Shown piece by piece: positions 1 to 8,986 of a DNA stretch of 20,000 bases. The notes beneath the pieces were generated by a model. That model was not told the DNA's origin and did no database searches. It saw only the letters and a list, made by a program, of their open reading frames with translations. Source of the stretch: an uncultured virus (IMG/VR IMGVR_UViG_3300046385_000116) (lineage: Duplodnaviria; Heunggongvirae; Uroviricota; Caudoviricetes); the IMG/VR virus record IMGVR_UViG_3300046385_000116; one strand, 5' to 3'. Both the position numbers and the translations under genes were made by a program. Position 1 is the first letter of the stretch. Each line of letters begins with the position of its first letter.

Positions 1-1
1 T

Positions 2-145
2 GATAATATTGCAGAGTTCATTCATACCTTTGAAGAAAACAAAAAGGCAAAGAAGAAAACAAAAACAAAAGGCCTTGAAAACTTCATTGAGGCAGAGTTG
101 CCAATAGACGTAGAACAAGTGCCTGAAATTCCACCCGAATTGTAG
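2..145 (+). CDS. gp55: C-terminal end of probable late-transcription sigma factor gp55 (partial, begins before window)
   Basis: Frame 2 reads DNIAEFIHTFEENKKAKKKTKTKGLENFIE...PPEL*, resembling T4-like gp55 C-termini; lies directly upstream of gp47 as in T4-like phages. Confidence 0.65.
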   Translation, partial: DNIAEFIHTFEENKKAKKKTKTKGLENFIEAELPIDVEQVPEIPPEL

Positions 146-160
146 TATAATTAATAGATT

Positions 161-1231
161 ATGAAAATAGCTATCATTTCAGATACCCACGCAGGTGCTC
201 GAGGAGACAATCCTTTATTTAATGAATACTTCTTTAAGTTTTGGGAAGGCACATTCTTTCCTTATTTGGAACAGAATAACATTACTCATATTTGCCATCT
301 TGGTGATGTGGTTGACCGTAGAAAGTTTATCAACTTTGTTACATTAAATTCTTGGCGTAAACGATTCTTTGATGTATTGGCTCAGAGAAATATCTCGATG
401 GATGTTATTGTTGGTAACCATGATGTTACTTACAAGAATACCAATGAGATTAATGCTATGCAAGAATTGTTTGACCATTATGATAACATTAATGTTTACA
501 CAGAACCTTTAACAAAAGAATATGAAGGTTGTAAAGTTGCATTGACACCTTGGATTAATTCAGGTAATTATGAACAATCATTAGAGTTTCTAAAGACTAC
601 TGAAGCACAGATTTGTTTTGGCCATTTTGAGATTGCAGGCTTTGAAATGGACAGAGGCAATATCTGCCACACAGGTATGAATAAACAAACCTTTGATAGG
701 TTTGATTTGGTTCTATCTGGACATTTTCATCACAAATCTACACATGATAATATCTATTACCTTGGTAATCAATATGAAATTACTTGGGCAGATTATGGTG
801 ATGAACGTGGTTTCCATGTGTTCGATACTGAAACTAGAGAACTAACATTTGTTCCTAATCCATTTAAGATGTTCCATAAAATATCTTATGATGATGGTGT
901 AACTGATTTTGAATATTGGAAAGGTGTTGACTTCGAACAATACCGTGACACATATGTTAAGATTGTTGTAGTCAATAAACAAAACCCATATTTGTTTGAT
1001 AATGTCTTAGATAGATTATATAAAGCTGGTGTTGCTGATATTGCCGTTGTTGAAGATTTTACGGATAATTCGGTAGACTTAGATGAAGAAATTGTAAATC
1101 AGGCAGAAGATACTATGACAATTCTAAACAAGTACATTGACGGCTTGACATTGAATGTTGAACCTGATAAACTGAAGAATATTATGAAAGAATTATATAT
1201 TGAATCTTTAAATGTGGAAGTTAATGAATGA
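161..1231 (+). CDS. gp47: Recombination endonuclease subunit (Mre11/SbcD-like)
   Basis: Phosphoesterase motifs DTH, GDVVD, GNHD, GHF, SGHFH; overlaps the gp46 start (ATGA). Confidence 0.95.
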   Translation: MKIAIISDTHAGARGDNPLFNEYFFKFWEGTFFPYLEQNNITHICHLGDVVDRRKFINFVTLNSWRKRFFDVLAQRNISMDVIVGNHDVTYKNTNEINAMQELFDHYDNINVYTEPLTKEYEGCKVALTPWINSGNYEQSLEFLKTTEAQICFGHFEIAGFEMDRGNICHTGMNKQTFDRFDLVLSGHFHHKSTHDNIYYLGNQYEITWADYGDERGFHVFDTETRELTFVPNPFKMFHKISYDDGVTDFEYWKGVDFEQYRDTYVKIVVVNKQNPYLFDNVLDRLYKAGVADIAVVEDFTDNSVDLDEEIVNQAEDTMTILNKYIDGLTLNVEPDKLKNIMKELYIESLNVEVNE

Positions 1232-2940
1232 TTGTATTCCGAAAGTTACGTTTTAAGAACTTCTTAAGCACTGGTAATTTCTTCACAGAAATACAATTTG
1301 ATAAATCTCCTAACACACTAATTGTTGGTAGTAATGGTGCAGGTAAATCTACAATGCTTGATGCGTTGTGTTTTGCCTTATTCAACAAAGCATTCCGTAA
1401 CATTACTAAACCACAACTAGTCAACTCAATCAACGAGAAAGAATGTGTTGTTGAGATTGAGTTTGATGCCCATAACAAATCATATAAGATTGTTCGTGGT
1501 ATCAAACCTAATACATTTGAAATTTATTGTAATGGTGAATTGATTAATCAAGATGCGGCTATTCGTGATTATCAAGAGTATCTTGAAAAGTTTATTCTTA
1601 AATTAAACTACAAATCATTCACACAGATTGTTATTCTTGGTTCGGCATCATTTGTTCCTTTCATGCAACTATCAGCAACTGACCGAAGAGCCATCATTGA
1701 GGACTTACTCGATATCGGCATCTTTTCTACGATGAATGGTTTGTTGAAAGACAAAGTTGCGATGAACAAAGAAGAATTAACTGCCAACAAATATGATATT
1801 GAAATCTCAACACAGAAATTTGAGATGCAAGAAAAACATATTCAACAGGTGAAACAAAATAATGATGATAAGGTAAAAGAATATGAGGCCGAGATATTAT
1901 CAAATAACGATACCGTGCAGTCCCTTCATGGAAAGATTGGGACAATCCAGGAAGAAATTGATATTCTTCAAGGACAGATATCGTCTAAAACTCAACTGGA
2001 AGCGAAACTCAAAGAAATATCTAAGATTGAATCAAAGGTTGAAACAAACTTATCCAAATTTCGTAAAGATATCGGTTTCTTTGAACAGAATGACCATTGT
2101 CCAACGTGTAGGCAAACCATTACCATGGAAGTTAAGGAGAAAGAACTTGAAACTTTACAAGGGAAGGTTACAGAGTGCGAACATGGTCTATCGCAAATAG
2201 AATCTAAATTAGTAGAAGAACAAAACAAATTAAATGCCATGATTGAAGTACAGAAACAAATTCAGTCATTGAACATTCAAGTGGCTCAGAATAATACCAC
2301 AATCAATGAAACTAACAAGTATATTGGTAAGTTACAGAAACAAATTGAGGCATTACAGAATACACAACATAATTTAGAAGATGCTACTGAAAAGTTAAAT
2401 CAGATTAAAGAACTTGTTGCCTTGAATGAGAGTAAACGTAAAGAGTTGATTGATGAGAAAACTTATTATGATGCAGCTTCAATTCTATTAAAAGACACTG
2501 GTATCAAAACTAAGATTGTCAGACAGTATTTGCCTGTTATCAATAAACTGGTAAACAAATATTTGGCAAGTATGGATTTCTTTGTCAACTTTAATTTAGA
2601 CGAATCATTCAAAGAAACAATTAAATCAAGGCATCGTGATGAGTTTAGTTATGCCTCATTCAGTGAGGGTGAGAAACAAAGAATTGATATGGCTTTGATG
2701 TTGACTTGGCGTGCTGTTGCTAAGTTGAAGAATAGTGCCAACACAAATCTATTAATTTTAGATGAAGTGTTTGATAGTAGTTTAGATGCAAACGGTACAG
2801 AATATCTGATGAACCTATTGCACCTATTAGAGGATGTAAACTTATTTGTTATCTCCCACAAAGGAGATATTCTACAAGATAAGTTTAGGTCTATTATTAA
2901 ATTCGAGAAGGTCAACAATTTCAGTAGGATTGCAAAATGA
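1228..2940 (+). CDS. gp46: Recombination ATPase subunit (Rad50/SbcC-like)
   Basis: Walker A GSNGAGKS, coiled coil with CPTC zinc hook, signature FSEGE, Walker B LILDEVFD, H-loop SH. Confidence 0.95.
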   Translation: MIVFRKLRFKNFLSTGNFFTEIQFDKSPNTLIVGSNGAGKSTMLDALCFALFNKAFRNITKPQLVNSINEKECVVEIEFDAHNKSYKIVRGIKPNTFEIYCNGELINQDAAIRDYQEYLEKFILKLNYKSFTQIVILGSASFVPFMQLSATDRRAIIEDLLDIGIFSTMNGLLKDKVAMNKEELTANKYDIEISTQKFEMQEKHIQQVKQNNDDKVKEYEAEILSNNDTVQSLHGKIGTIQEEIDILQGQISSKTQLEAKLKEISKIESKVETNLSKFRKDIGFFEQNDHCPTCRQTITMEVKEKELETLQGKVTECEHGLSQIESKLVEEQNKLNAMIEVQKQIQSLNIQVAQNNTTINETNKYIGKLQKQIEALQNTQHNLEDATEKLNQIKELVALNESKRKELIDEKTYYDAASILLKDTGIKTKIVRQYLPVINKLVNKYLASMDFFVNFNLDESFKETIKSRHRDEFSYASFSEGEKQRIDMALMLTWRAVAKLKNSANTNLLILDEVFDSSLDANGTEYLMNLLHLLEDVNLFVISHKGDILQDKFRSIIKFEKVNNFSRIAK

Positions 2941-3509
2941 GTAATGAATTAATTATTGATACAGGTAGTAATGTAGTAAAAGAAAATCGGACAGAACCAT
3001 TAACTGTTTTTAATGAAAAACATCCTATGTTGTCGGCTGTAATGCCTGAATATGATGTATCTTCTTTACCTAATTCACATATGAATGAATTGACGGCAAG
3101 ACTTAAATTGACCATGAAGTTATATTCAGGCATCGGCTTGTCTGCTAATCAATGTGCCGTGCAGGAAAGAGTATTTGTCATCGGCACAGACCATTTTCAA
3201 ATGGTTTGTATCAACCCTAAAGTTATTAACAAGTCGGCAGAAGAAACAAAACGCAAAGAAGGTTGCCTCTCTAGTCCAGGCTTATTTGTTACAATACCAA
3301 GAAGTAACTCAATAGATGTTGAATACTATACCGAACTAGGTGAATTAAAACAACTCACACTTGATGGTGTAACAGCTCAATGCTTTCAACATGAACTTGA
3401 CCACTTGAATGGTATCACATTTACCTCTAAAGCTGGTCCTGTTGCGTTACAATTAGCAAAGAAGAAACAACAGAAATTAATTAAAAAAGTAAAGAAACTA
3501 TACAAATAA
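2937..3509 (+). CDS. def: Peptide deformylase
   Basis: All three PDF motifs present: GIGLSANQ, EGCLS, QHELDHLNG. Confidence 0.95.
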   Translation: MSNELIIDTGSNVVKENRTEPLTVFNEKHPMLSAVMPEYDVSSLPNSHMNELTARLKLTMKLYSGIGLSANQCAVQERVFVIGTDHFQMVCINPKVINKSAEETKRKEGCLSSPGLFVTIPRSNSIDVEYYTELGELKQLTLDGVTAQCFQHELDHLNGITFTSKAGPVALQLAKKKQQKLIKKVKKLYK

Positions 3510-4852
3510 TGGCATATGCATTTGACCCTAAAGATGATGTAGAAGCACAATGGCAGAAGTGGCAAGAAGCCAACCCACCATCAACATATTTAAATATTGA
3601 TGAGGGTGATTTGCGTGAAACAGTTATCCGAGATTTAACTTATGTTTCTAAAATGGATGTGAAAGAATACACACTTTACCAAAAGTGGTGTGAAATTCAA
3701 CAGAAATATCCGACACAAAGAAACATGACTGTCTTTGGGGAAGAAGAAGTATTCCTTGTTGACCCATCACAACAGAAACTTGTTGATGAGGTAAAGAGTA
3801 ACATTTGGGTTCCACAGAATCCAGATTCTTACCTTGACTTAGAGCCTGTATTGGAATATACAGACGATTCTGGTGAAACAACTCGCATCGCAGTTGACGG
3901 CACAGAGGTTAAGGTTGACAGAAAACGAAATAAAGAACTACCTGAAAAGTGGAATACTATCAGAAACTTTATTTCTACAATGAAGAACAATAGTAATATT
4001 GGCCGTAATCTAAACTTTATCGTTAAAGATAATAAAACAGGTAAATATCTTGGTGTGATTTGTATCTCATCAGACTTTCTTGATTTAACTCCACGTGATG
4101 ACAAGATTGGTTGGCCAAGAGATTTGAAAACTACTGGCGGTATGATTAATCACACTGCTATTGGTTCTACTATTGTTCCATTCCAACCACTAGGTTATAA
4201 CTATGTGGGTGGTAAACTACTAGCTTTACTTTGCCTTTCAGATGAAGTGCAAAATCTTTGGAAGAAACAATATGGTGATACACTTATCGGTGTAACTACA
4301 ACATCATTGTATGGCAAAACTAAAGCTGGTGGTCTTTCTCAGTATGATAACCTTGACCATTGGCAACCGATGGGATTCACAAGTGGTTCAGTATCATTTG
4401 AACCAGAACGTGATACTCGTTATAAGATTCGTGAATGGTTAAAGGCTAATCATACAAGAAAATACTTTGAGTGGTATGTTGCGAAGAAGCCTTCAGGACA
4501 ACCACACAAACGTGACCATAAGAATCGGTCTCTAGCGTTTACATACTCTAAGATGAGTGTGCCAAAAGAACTAATCAGAACCGAACACGCAAGAGGTATA
4601 TACTTTAGCCCGTTATACGACAACTCCTATGAATTCTTGCGAGGTGAGATTAAAGAAACTGAATTGGTAAAATCTTTTGATACATCATACGAATCCCTAG
4701 TCAAGATTTGGAAAGAGAAACACGCTAGAGGCCGAATTGGTTTTCTAAAGAAGAAAGATAAAGTATCAAGTGAAGTTTTATTTTATGATGACCTCATATA
4801 TTTGGATTGGGAACAGACCAAGGCAAAATACTTAGGGCAAGTCGGTAGATAA
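3509..4852 (+). CDS. DUF4338 / Druantia DruA-like protein (possible GNAT/Mom-like transferase)
   Basis: Segments GRNLNFIVKD..TGKYLG, RDDKIGW, GGKLLALL, TTTSLYG..SQY, GFTSG match the pattern I recognise for DUF4338/DruA; enzymatic function is inference. Confidence 0.7.
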   Translation: MAYAFDPKDDVEAQWQKWQEANPPSTYLNIDEGDLRETVIRDLTYVSKMDVKEYTLYQKWCEIQQKYPTQRNMTVFGEEEVFLVDPSQQKLVDEVKSNIWVPQNPDSYLDLEPVLEYTDDSGETTRIAVDGTEVKVDRKRNKELPEKWNTIRNFISTMKNNSNIGRNLNFIVKDNKTGKYLGVICISSDFLDLTPRDDKIGWPRDLKTTGGMINHTAIGSTIVPFQPLGYNYVGGKLLALLCLSDEVQNLWKKQYGDTLIGVTTTSLYGKTKAGGLSQYDNLDHWQPMGFTSGSVSFEPERDTRYKIREWLKANHTRKYFEWYVAKKPSGQPHKRDHKNRSLAFTYSKMSVPKELIRTEHARGIYFSPLYDNSYEFLRGEIKETELVKSFDTSYESLVKIWKEKHARGRIGFLKKKDKVSSEVLFYDDLIYLDWEQTKAKYLGQVGR

Positions 4853-4874
4853 AAACAATTGCCTCGAAAAGGGC

Positions 4875-4903
4875 TTGATTTTAATAAAAAAGTCCTATAT
4901 AAT
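4875..4903 (+). promoter_or_regulatory. Sigma70-type promoter for the tRNA-Gly-like gene
   Basis: TTGATT (4875-4880), 17-nt spacer, TATAAT (4898-4903); predicted start near 4910, just before the tRNA 5' end at 4913. Confidence 0.75.
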
Positions 4904-4912
4904 TATATCAAT

Positions 4913-4980
4913 GCGGTGTAGTACAGACTAGAGTAGGTGTCCAATCTACTTGCTTGGTGCGAATCCAAGACACCGCTCCA
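4913..4980 (+). tRNA. Non-canonical tRNA-Gly(UCC) with truncated D-arm
   Basis: Acceptor GCGGTGT/ACACCGC, U73, encoded CCA; anticodon stem AGTAGG/TCTACT with loop TG-TCC-AA; T-arm CTTGG-TGCGAAT-CCAAG; D-region only AGT-ACAG-ACT; 68 nt total. Confidence 0.8.
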
Positions 4981-4987
4981 AATTCTG

Positions 4988-5017
4988 AACCCTACCTTTC
5001 GGTAGGGTTTTTCTTTA
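4988..5017 (+). terminator. Intrinsic terminator after tRNA-Gly-like gene
   Basis: AACCCTACC-TTTC-GGTAGGGTT perfect stem followed by a T-rich run. Confidence 0.85.
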
Positions 5018-5073
5018 TTGCCTCAAATAAATACCAGTTGTGTTATACTATCTTCTTTGAATAGGAGAATAAT

Positions 5074-5262
5074 ATGTATGATGGCCAATTAATCGAAGAT
5101 TATTCCCATACCCTTATCGATCAAGAAGAAATGCACTTTTATTCTTGTATTGCCGATGTCTTGGATGCCTTTAAAACTCACGGAGTAGACCATGTCCTCA
5201 ATGAGGTATCTAAAAATACCGTTATGAAACAACAGCTTAGAGAGTGGCTTGCCAAACAGTGA
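5074..5262 (+). CDS. Small hypothetical protein (62 aa)
   Basis: AGGAG Shine-Dalgarno upstream; extended -10 TGTTATACT at 5041-5049. Confidence 0.65.
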   Translation: MYDGQLIEDYSHTLIDQEEMHFYSCIADVLDAFKTHGVDHVLNEVSKNTVMKQQLREWLAKQ

Positions 5263-5277
5263 TATTTGTGTTATAAT
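5249..5277 (+). promoter_or_regulatory. Sigma70-type (early) promoter
   Basis: TTGCCA-17 nt-TATAAT with extended -10 TG; near-duplicate of the promoter at 7671. Confidence 0.75.
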
Positions 5278-5309
5278 GGTAATTATTATAGTGGAAAAGT
5301 ATAGAAAAT

Positions 5310-7640
5310 ATGACATTTACAGTTGAACAAAAATCTCAATTAGCAAAGCTTCTTGCTACTGAAAATATTACAATCGAACACCAAAAGATTCCAACGGCTT
5401 CTTTTGACCCTAAGAATCGTATTCTCTATTGTCCTATTTGGCAAGATATGTCTGGCTCACTGTATGACTTATTAATGGGTCATGAGGTTGGTCATGCTCT
5501 GTATACTCCTGCCGAAGGTTGGCATGATGCTATATCAAATCGTGGTGCCAATTTCAAAGGCTTCTTGAATGTAGTTGAAGATGCCCGTATCGAGAAGAAA
5601 ATTCGTAGAAAATATCCTGGTCTCCGTAACTCATTCGTTAAAGGTTATCAATCATTAATCGACAATAACTTTTTTGATGTTGAAGGTCGTGATTTAAATG
5701 AATTGTGTTTTATTGACCGTGTTAATGTGCATACTAAACTTGGTTCATTGGTTGATATCAAATTTGCGGAAGGTGAAGAACAAGACTTATTGAAACAAGT
5801 TGAATCTTGCGAAACATGGAATGATGTGCTTCGTGTTACTGAAGCTATCTTCTCATATTCAAAAGAAGAACAATATGAAACACTACAAAAACTAATTGCC
5901 TCTCAAATGCAAGATGCGGCTGACCGTGGTGAAGAATTTGATTCTGATGATTTATTTGATAGTGAATCTGACGGTGAAGAATATGAAGAAGGTACACAGT
6001 CAGTTGGTGAACAAAGAAAACCATCCGATAACGGTAATGAAGGCGAAGAAAAACAAGTTTCTGGTAAATCAAAAGAAGATGATGGTGATTCTGATGAAGA
6101 AGATGAAGATTCTCAAATATATCGTTATAAAAATTCATCAAACTCATTTGTTGACCAAACAAACTTTGAACCTACTTGTGAAACTGATAAGTCTTTCCGT
6201 AAAAACGAAGGCACCTTGTTAGATGAACAATGTAAACCTTATTTGTATTTGAAGTTGCCTACTCCTATTCTAAAAAACATTATTACACCAGTTAAAGATG
6301 TTCAACGAATTCTAAGTAATTATTATGACAATGAAGGTCGTCAAACTCAAATTGAAAAGGCTGTTGCTGAGTTCAAGAGCAAGAATGACCGTTATATCAG
6401 TTTACTTGCCAAAGAATTTGAAATGAAGAAAGCAGCTAAGGCATATGCGAAAGCTAAAGTGTCAAACACTGGTGATATTGATATCAACCGTCTATACAAA
6501 TACCAAGTTGACGATAATATCTTCCGTAAATCAATGCGTGTGCCTAAAGGTAAATCACACGGATTAGTGTTGTTACTTGACCGTTCCGGTTCTATGGTCA
6601 ATAACATGGCTGGTTCTATCGAACAGATTTTGGTGTTATCTGCCTTCTGTCGCAAAGTGAACATTCCTTTCGTAGTATATGGTTTTGGTAATGCGGTTGA
6701 TGGTCGTATGCATGACTATGGTAAAGATGAGTATTCTAAAAAATGTTTTACTGAAAATCTTAATGAATTTTCCTTTGATAATGTTTACTTGCGTGAGTAC
6801 CTTAATTCTAAAATGAGTGGTGCTGATTACAATAAAGCTTTGCGTAACATGATTGCATTGAAGATGTCATATGAACAGCGTTACTTTGGTCGTCCAGAAA
6901 ATGAAACATTATCTAATACACCATTAAATGAAGCGATGGTTGCTTTAGAACCAATTGTTAATCAGTTCCGCAAAGTGAACAATTTAGATTTAATTAACTT
7001 GGTTGTAGTACATGATGGTGATGCTGATAACTCATGCAGCTATATGACTGATAATGATATTACACCTGAATCTAATGTATTGCGCTCTAAGCGATTCTGG
7101 TTGGATGAGACTAATGTAATTATCAATCATGGTAAACAACAGTTGAAAGTTAATAAAGTTATGCACGACCATTACAATTATGATGATGGTATGCGTATTG
7201 CTATATTTGACTGGTTCAAGAAACAAACTGGTGCTAAGATTTTTGGTTTCTTTATTGCTGGTGACAAATACCGTCAACGTGATTCTGTAACTCAAAGGTT
7301 TGTTAATGAAAATGGCCAAACAGTTTATTCAATTGTGAAGAAACAATTTAGTGAATCAGGTGTAAACAATTATAGATATATCAATTATAGTAAAAGTGAA
7401 TATGTTAAAGAATTGGTAAATCAAATGCGTGAAAATAAATTCATTCAATCATATAATAAAGGCTATGAATCATTCTTTATTATGCCTGGTGGTTCTGATT
7501 TGTCAATTGAAAATGATGAATTGGTTATCAATGGTACGGTTACGGCAAGTAAATTGAAAAATGCCTTTATGAAAATGAACAAGAAAAAACAATTTTCCCG
7601 TGTGATGGTATCACGGTTCATAGATGGTATTGCTGCCTAA
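5310..7640 (+). CDS. CobT-like VWA-domain protein with N-terminal HExxH metallopeptidase-like domain
   Basis: HEVGH motif, long acidic linker, MIDAS DRSGS..T..DG; directly upstream of a MoxR-type AAA ATPase. Confidence 0.8.
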   Translation: MTFTVEQKSQLAKLLATENITIEHQKIPTASFDPKNRILYCPIWQDMSGSLYDLLMGHEVGHALYTPAEGWHDAISNRGANFKGFLNVVEDARIEKKIRRKYPGLRNSFVKGYQSLIDNNFFDVEGRDLNELCFIDRVNVHTKLGSLVDIKFAEGEEQDLLKQVESCETWNDVLRVTEAIFSYSKEEQYETLQKLIASQMQDAADRGEEFDSDDLFDSESDGEEYEEGTQSVGEQRKPSDNGNEGEEKQVSGKSKEDDGDSDEEDEDSQIYRYKNSSNSFVDQTNFEPTCETDKSFRKNEGTLLDEQCKPYLYLKLPTPILKNIITPVKDVQRILSNYYDNEGRQTQIEKAVAEFKSKNDRYISLLAKEFEMKKAAKAYAKAKVSNTGDIDINRLYKYQVDDNIFRKSMRVPKGKSHGLVLLLDRSGSMVNNMAGSIEQILVLSAFCRKVNIPFVVYGFGNAVDGRMHDYGKDEYSKKCFTENLNEFSFDNVYLREYLNSKMSGADYNKALRNMIALKMSYEQRYFGRPENETLSNTPLNEAMVALEPIVNQFRKVNNLDLINLVVVHDGDADNSCSYMTDNDITPESNVLRSKRFWLDETNVIINHGKQQLKVNKVMHDHYNYDDGMRIAIFDWFKKQTGAKIFGFFIAGDKYRQRDSVTQRFVNENGQTVYSIVKKQFSESGVNNYRYINYSKSEYVKELVNQMRENKFIQSYNKGYESFFIMPGGSDLSIENDELVINGTVTASKLKNAFMKMNKKKQFSRVMVSRFIDGIAA

Positions 7641-7664
7641 GCTCTTGATTTTCAAGAGCTTTTT
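7639..7664 (+). terminator. Intrinsic terminator
   Basis: AAGCTCTTGA-TTT-TCAAGAGCTT perfect inverted repeat followed by TTT at the VWA gene stop. Confidence 0.7.
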
Positions 7665-7670
7665 AGCTGG

Positions 7671-7699
7671 TTGCCAAATGGTATTAATTGTGTTATAAT
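7671..7699 (+). promoter_or_regulatory. Sigma70-type (early) promoter
   Basis: TTGCCA-17 nt-TATAAT with extended -10 TG. Confidence 0.75.
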
Positions 7700-7734
7700 G
7701 GTAGTATCTAGTGAAAAATGGAGTTTTATATATT

Positions 7735-8955
7735 ATGCGTAATGTGAATTTGTCTGCTCGTGAGAAATTTGTTAAGGTTGCTGTTAAGACTGGTAAAGAA
7801 TTTTTAACTTTACAAGAGCTTCATGCCTTATGTGATAAAAACGATTTAAAGTTCCCACAATGGTATGCTAAGGATATGTCTTATCGTGCTGGTCGTGGTT
7901 TGTATCGTGTGCCTACTGAATTAGTATCTGGTGCTTCTACACCTGCACCTGTTGTTGAAACTGTTAATATGACTGCTCAGGTTATGAAAATGCCAAGTGA
8001 AAAAATATCCCACGGTAATCGTATTACCAATGTCGTAACTGATTTAGAAACTGAAGATTTGGTTCCTAAAATCTATAAGAATTATGTACCGTTTGGTAAC
8101 TTTGAAGATTTGGTTTCAATTGTTGCAAGTAAAAAATTCTACCCTATCTTTATTACTGGACATTCTGGTAACGGCAAAACAATGTCTGCTGAGCAAGCTT
8201 GTGCTAAACTTGGTCGTAAATTCGTTTGCGTATCCATGACACCTGAAACCGATGAATCAGATTTACTTGGTAACTTTGTATTGATTAATGGTCAGATGGA
8301 ATGGCGTGATGGTCCCGTTACTGTTGCGGCTCGACAAGGTGCTGTATTATGTATTGATGAGATTGATTATGGTGCTCAAAACTTATCTTGCCTACAGCGT
8401 GTTCTTGAAGGTAAACCATTCTTGTTGAAGAAAAAGAATGAGATGGTTGTACCTGCTGATGGTTTCACTGTCATCGCCACTGCCAATACCAAAGGTAAGG
8501 GTTCTGATGATGGTCGTTATATGTTTACTAATGTACTTAACGAAGCCTTCTTGGAACGATTCCTAAACACTTATGAACAAGACTGGCCACCAGTTGCTAT
8601 TGAGCGTAAGATTATCAAAAAAGAATTGACTAATCATGGCAAGACTGATGATGAATTTGCTGAGAAGCTTGTTACTTGGGCTGATGTGATTCGCAAAACC
8701 TTTGTTGAGGGTGGTGTTGATGAAGTGATTTCTACCCGCCGTTTGGTTCATATTGCAAAAACTTATGGTGTATTTGGTACTAGAATGAAGGCAATTGAAT
8801 TGTGTTTGAATCGTTTTGATGATGATACTAAGGCAAGTTTCCTTGATTTGTATACCAAAGTTGATGCTGGTGCCAATACTGAAACAATCATGGCTCAGAC
8901 TGCCGAAAGTAATGTTGAACCAGTTACCGAACAGGATAACGCAATTACAATGTAA
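7735..8955 (+). CDS. cobS: CobS-like MoxR-family AAA+ ATPase
   Basis: Walker A GHSGNGKT, Walker B CIDEID, TANTKG sensor, STRRL; ATG 7735 preferred over GTG 7711 because GGAG lies at 7720-7723. Confidence 0.85.
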   Translation: MRNVNLSAREKFVKVAVKTGKEFLTLQELHALCDKNDLKFPQWYAKDMSYRAGRGLYRVPTELVSGASTPAPVVETVNMTAQVMKMPSEKISHGNRITNVVTDLETEDLVPKIYKNYVPFGNFEDLVSIVASKKFYPIFITGHSGNGKTMSAEQACAKLGRKFVCVSMTPETDESDLLGNFVLINGQMEWRDGPVTVAARQGAVLCIDEIDYGAQNLSCLQRVLEGKPFLLKKKNEMVVPADGFTVIATANTKGKGSDDGRYMFTNVLNEAFLERFLNTYEQDWPPVAIERKIIKKELTNHGKTDDEFAEKLVTWADVIRKTFVEGGVDEVISTRRLVHIAKTYGVFGTRMKAIELCLNRFDDDTKASFLDLYTKVDAGANTETIMAQTAESNVEPVTEQDNAITM

Positions 8956-8986
8956 GGCAAATGTGAGTATGTCTGCCTTAAAACGC

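Noticed and set aside
3509..4852. Complete Druantia anti-phage system
   Set aside because: Only a DruA-like gene is present; no DruE helicase or other Dru genes in the window, and the context is a phage replication module
5930..6110. GAT/GAA-rich repetitive-looking stretch
   Set aside because: Simply encodes the acidic linker of the VWA protein; no true tandem repeat or array
1221..8751. Numerous short opposite-strand or alternate-frame ORFs in the track (e.g. 1221-1505, 1883-2200, 5845-6162, 7032-7319)
   Set aside because: Nested within well-supported genes, no recognisable motifs or ribosome-binding sites
7735..8955. Cobalamin-biosynthesis auxiliary metabolic gene
   Set aside because: No cobN or other cob genes; the motifs support only a generic MoxR-type AAA+ ATPase with a VWA partner
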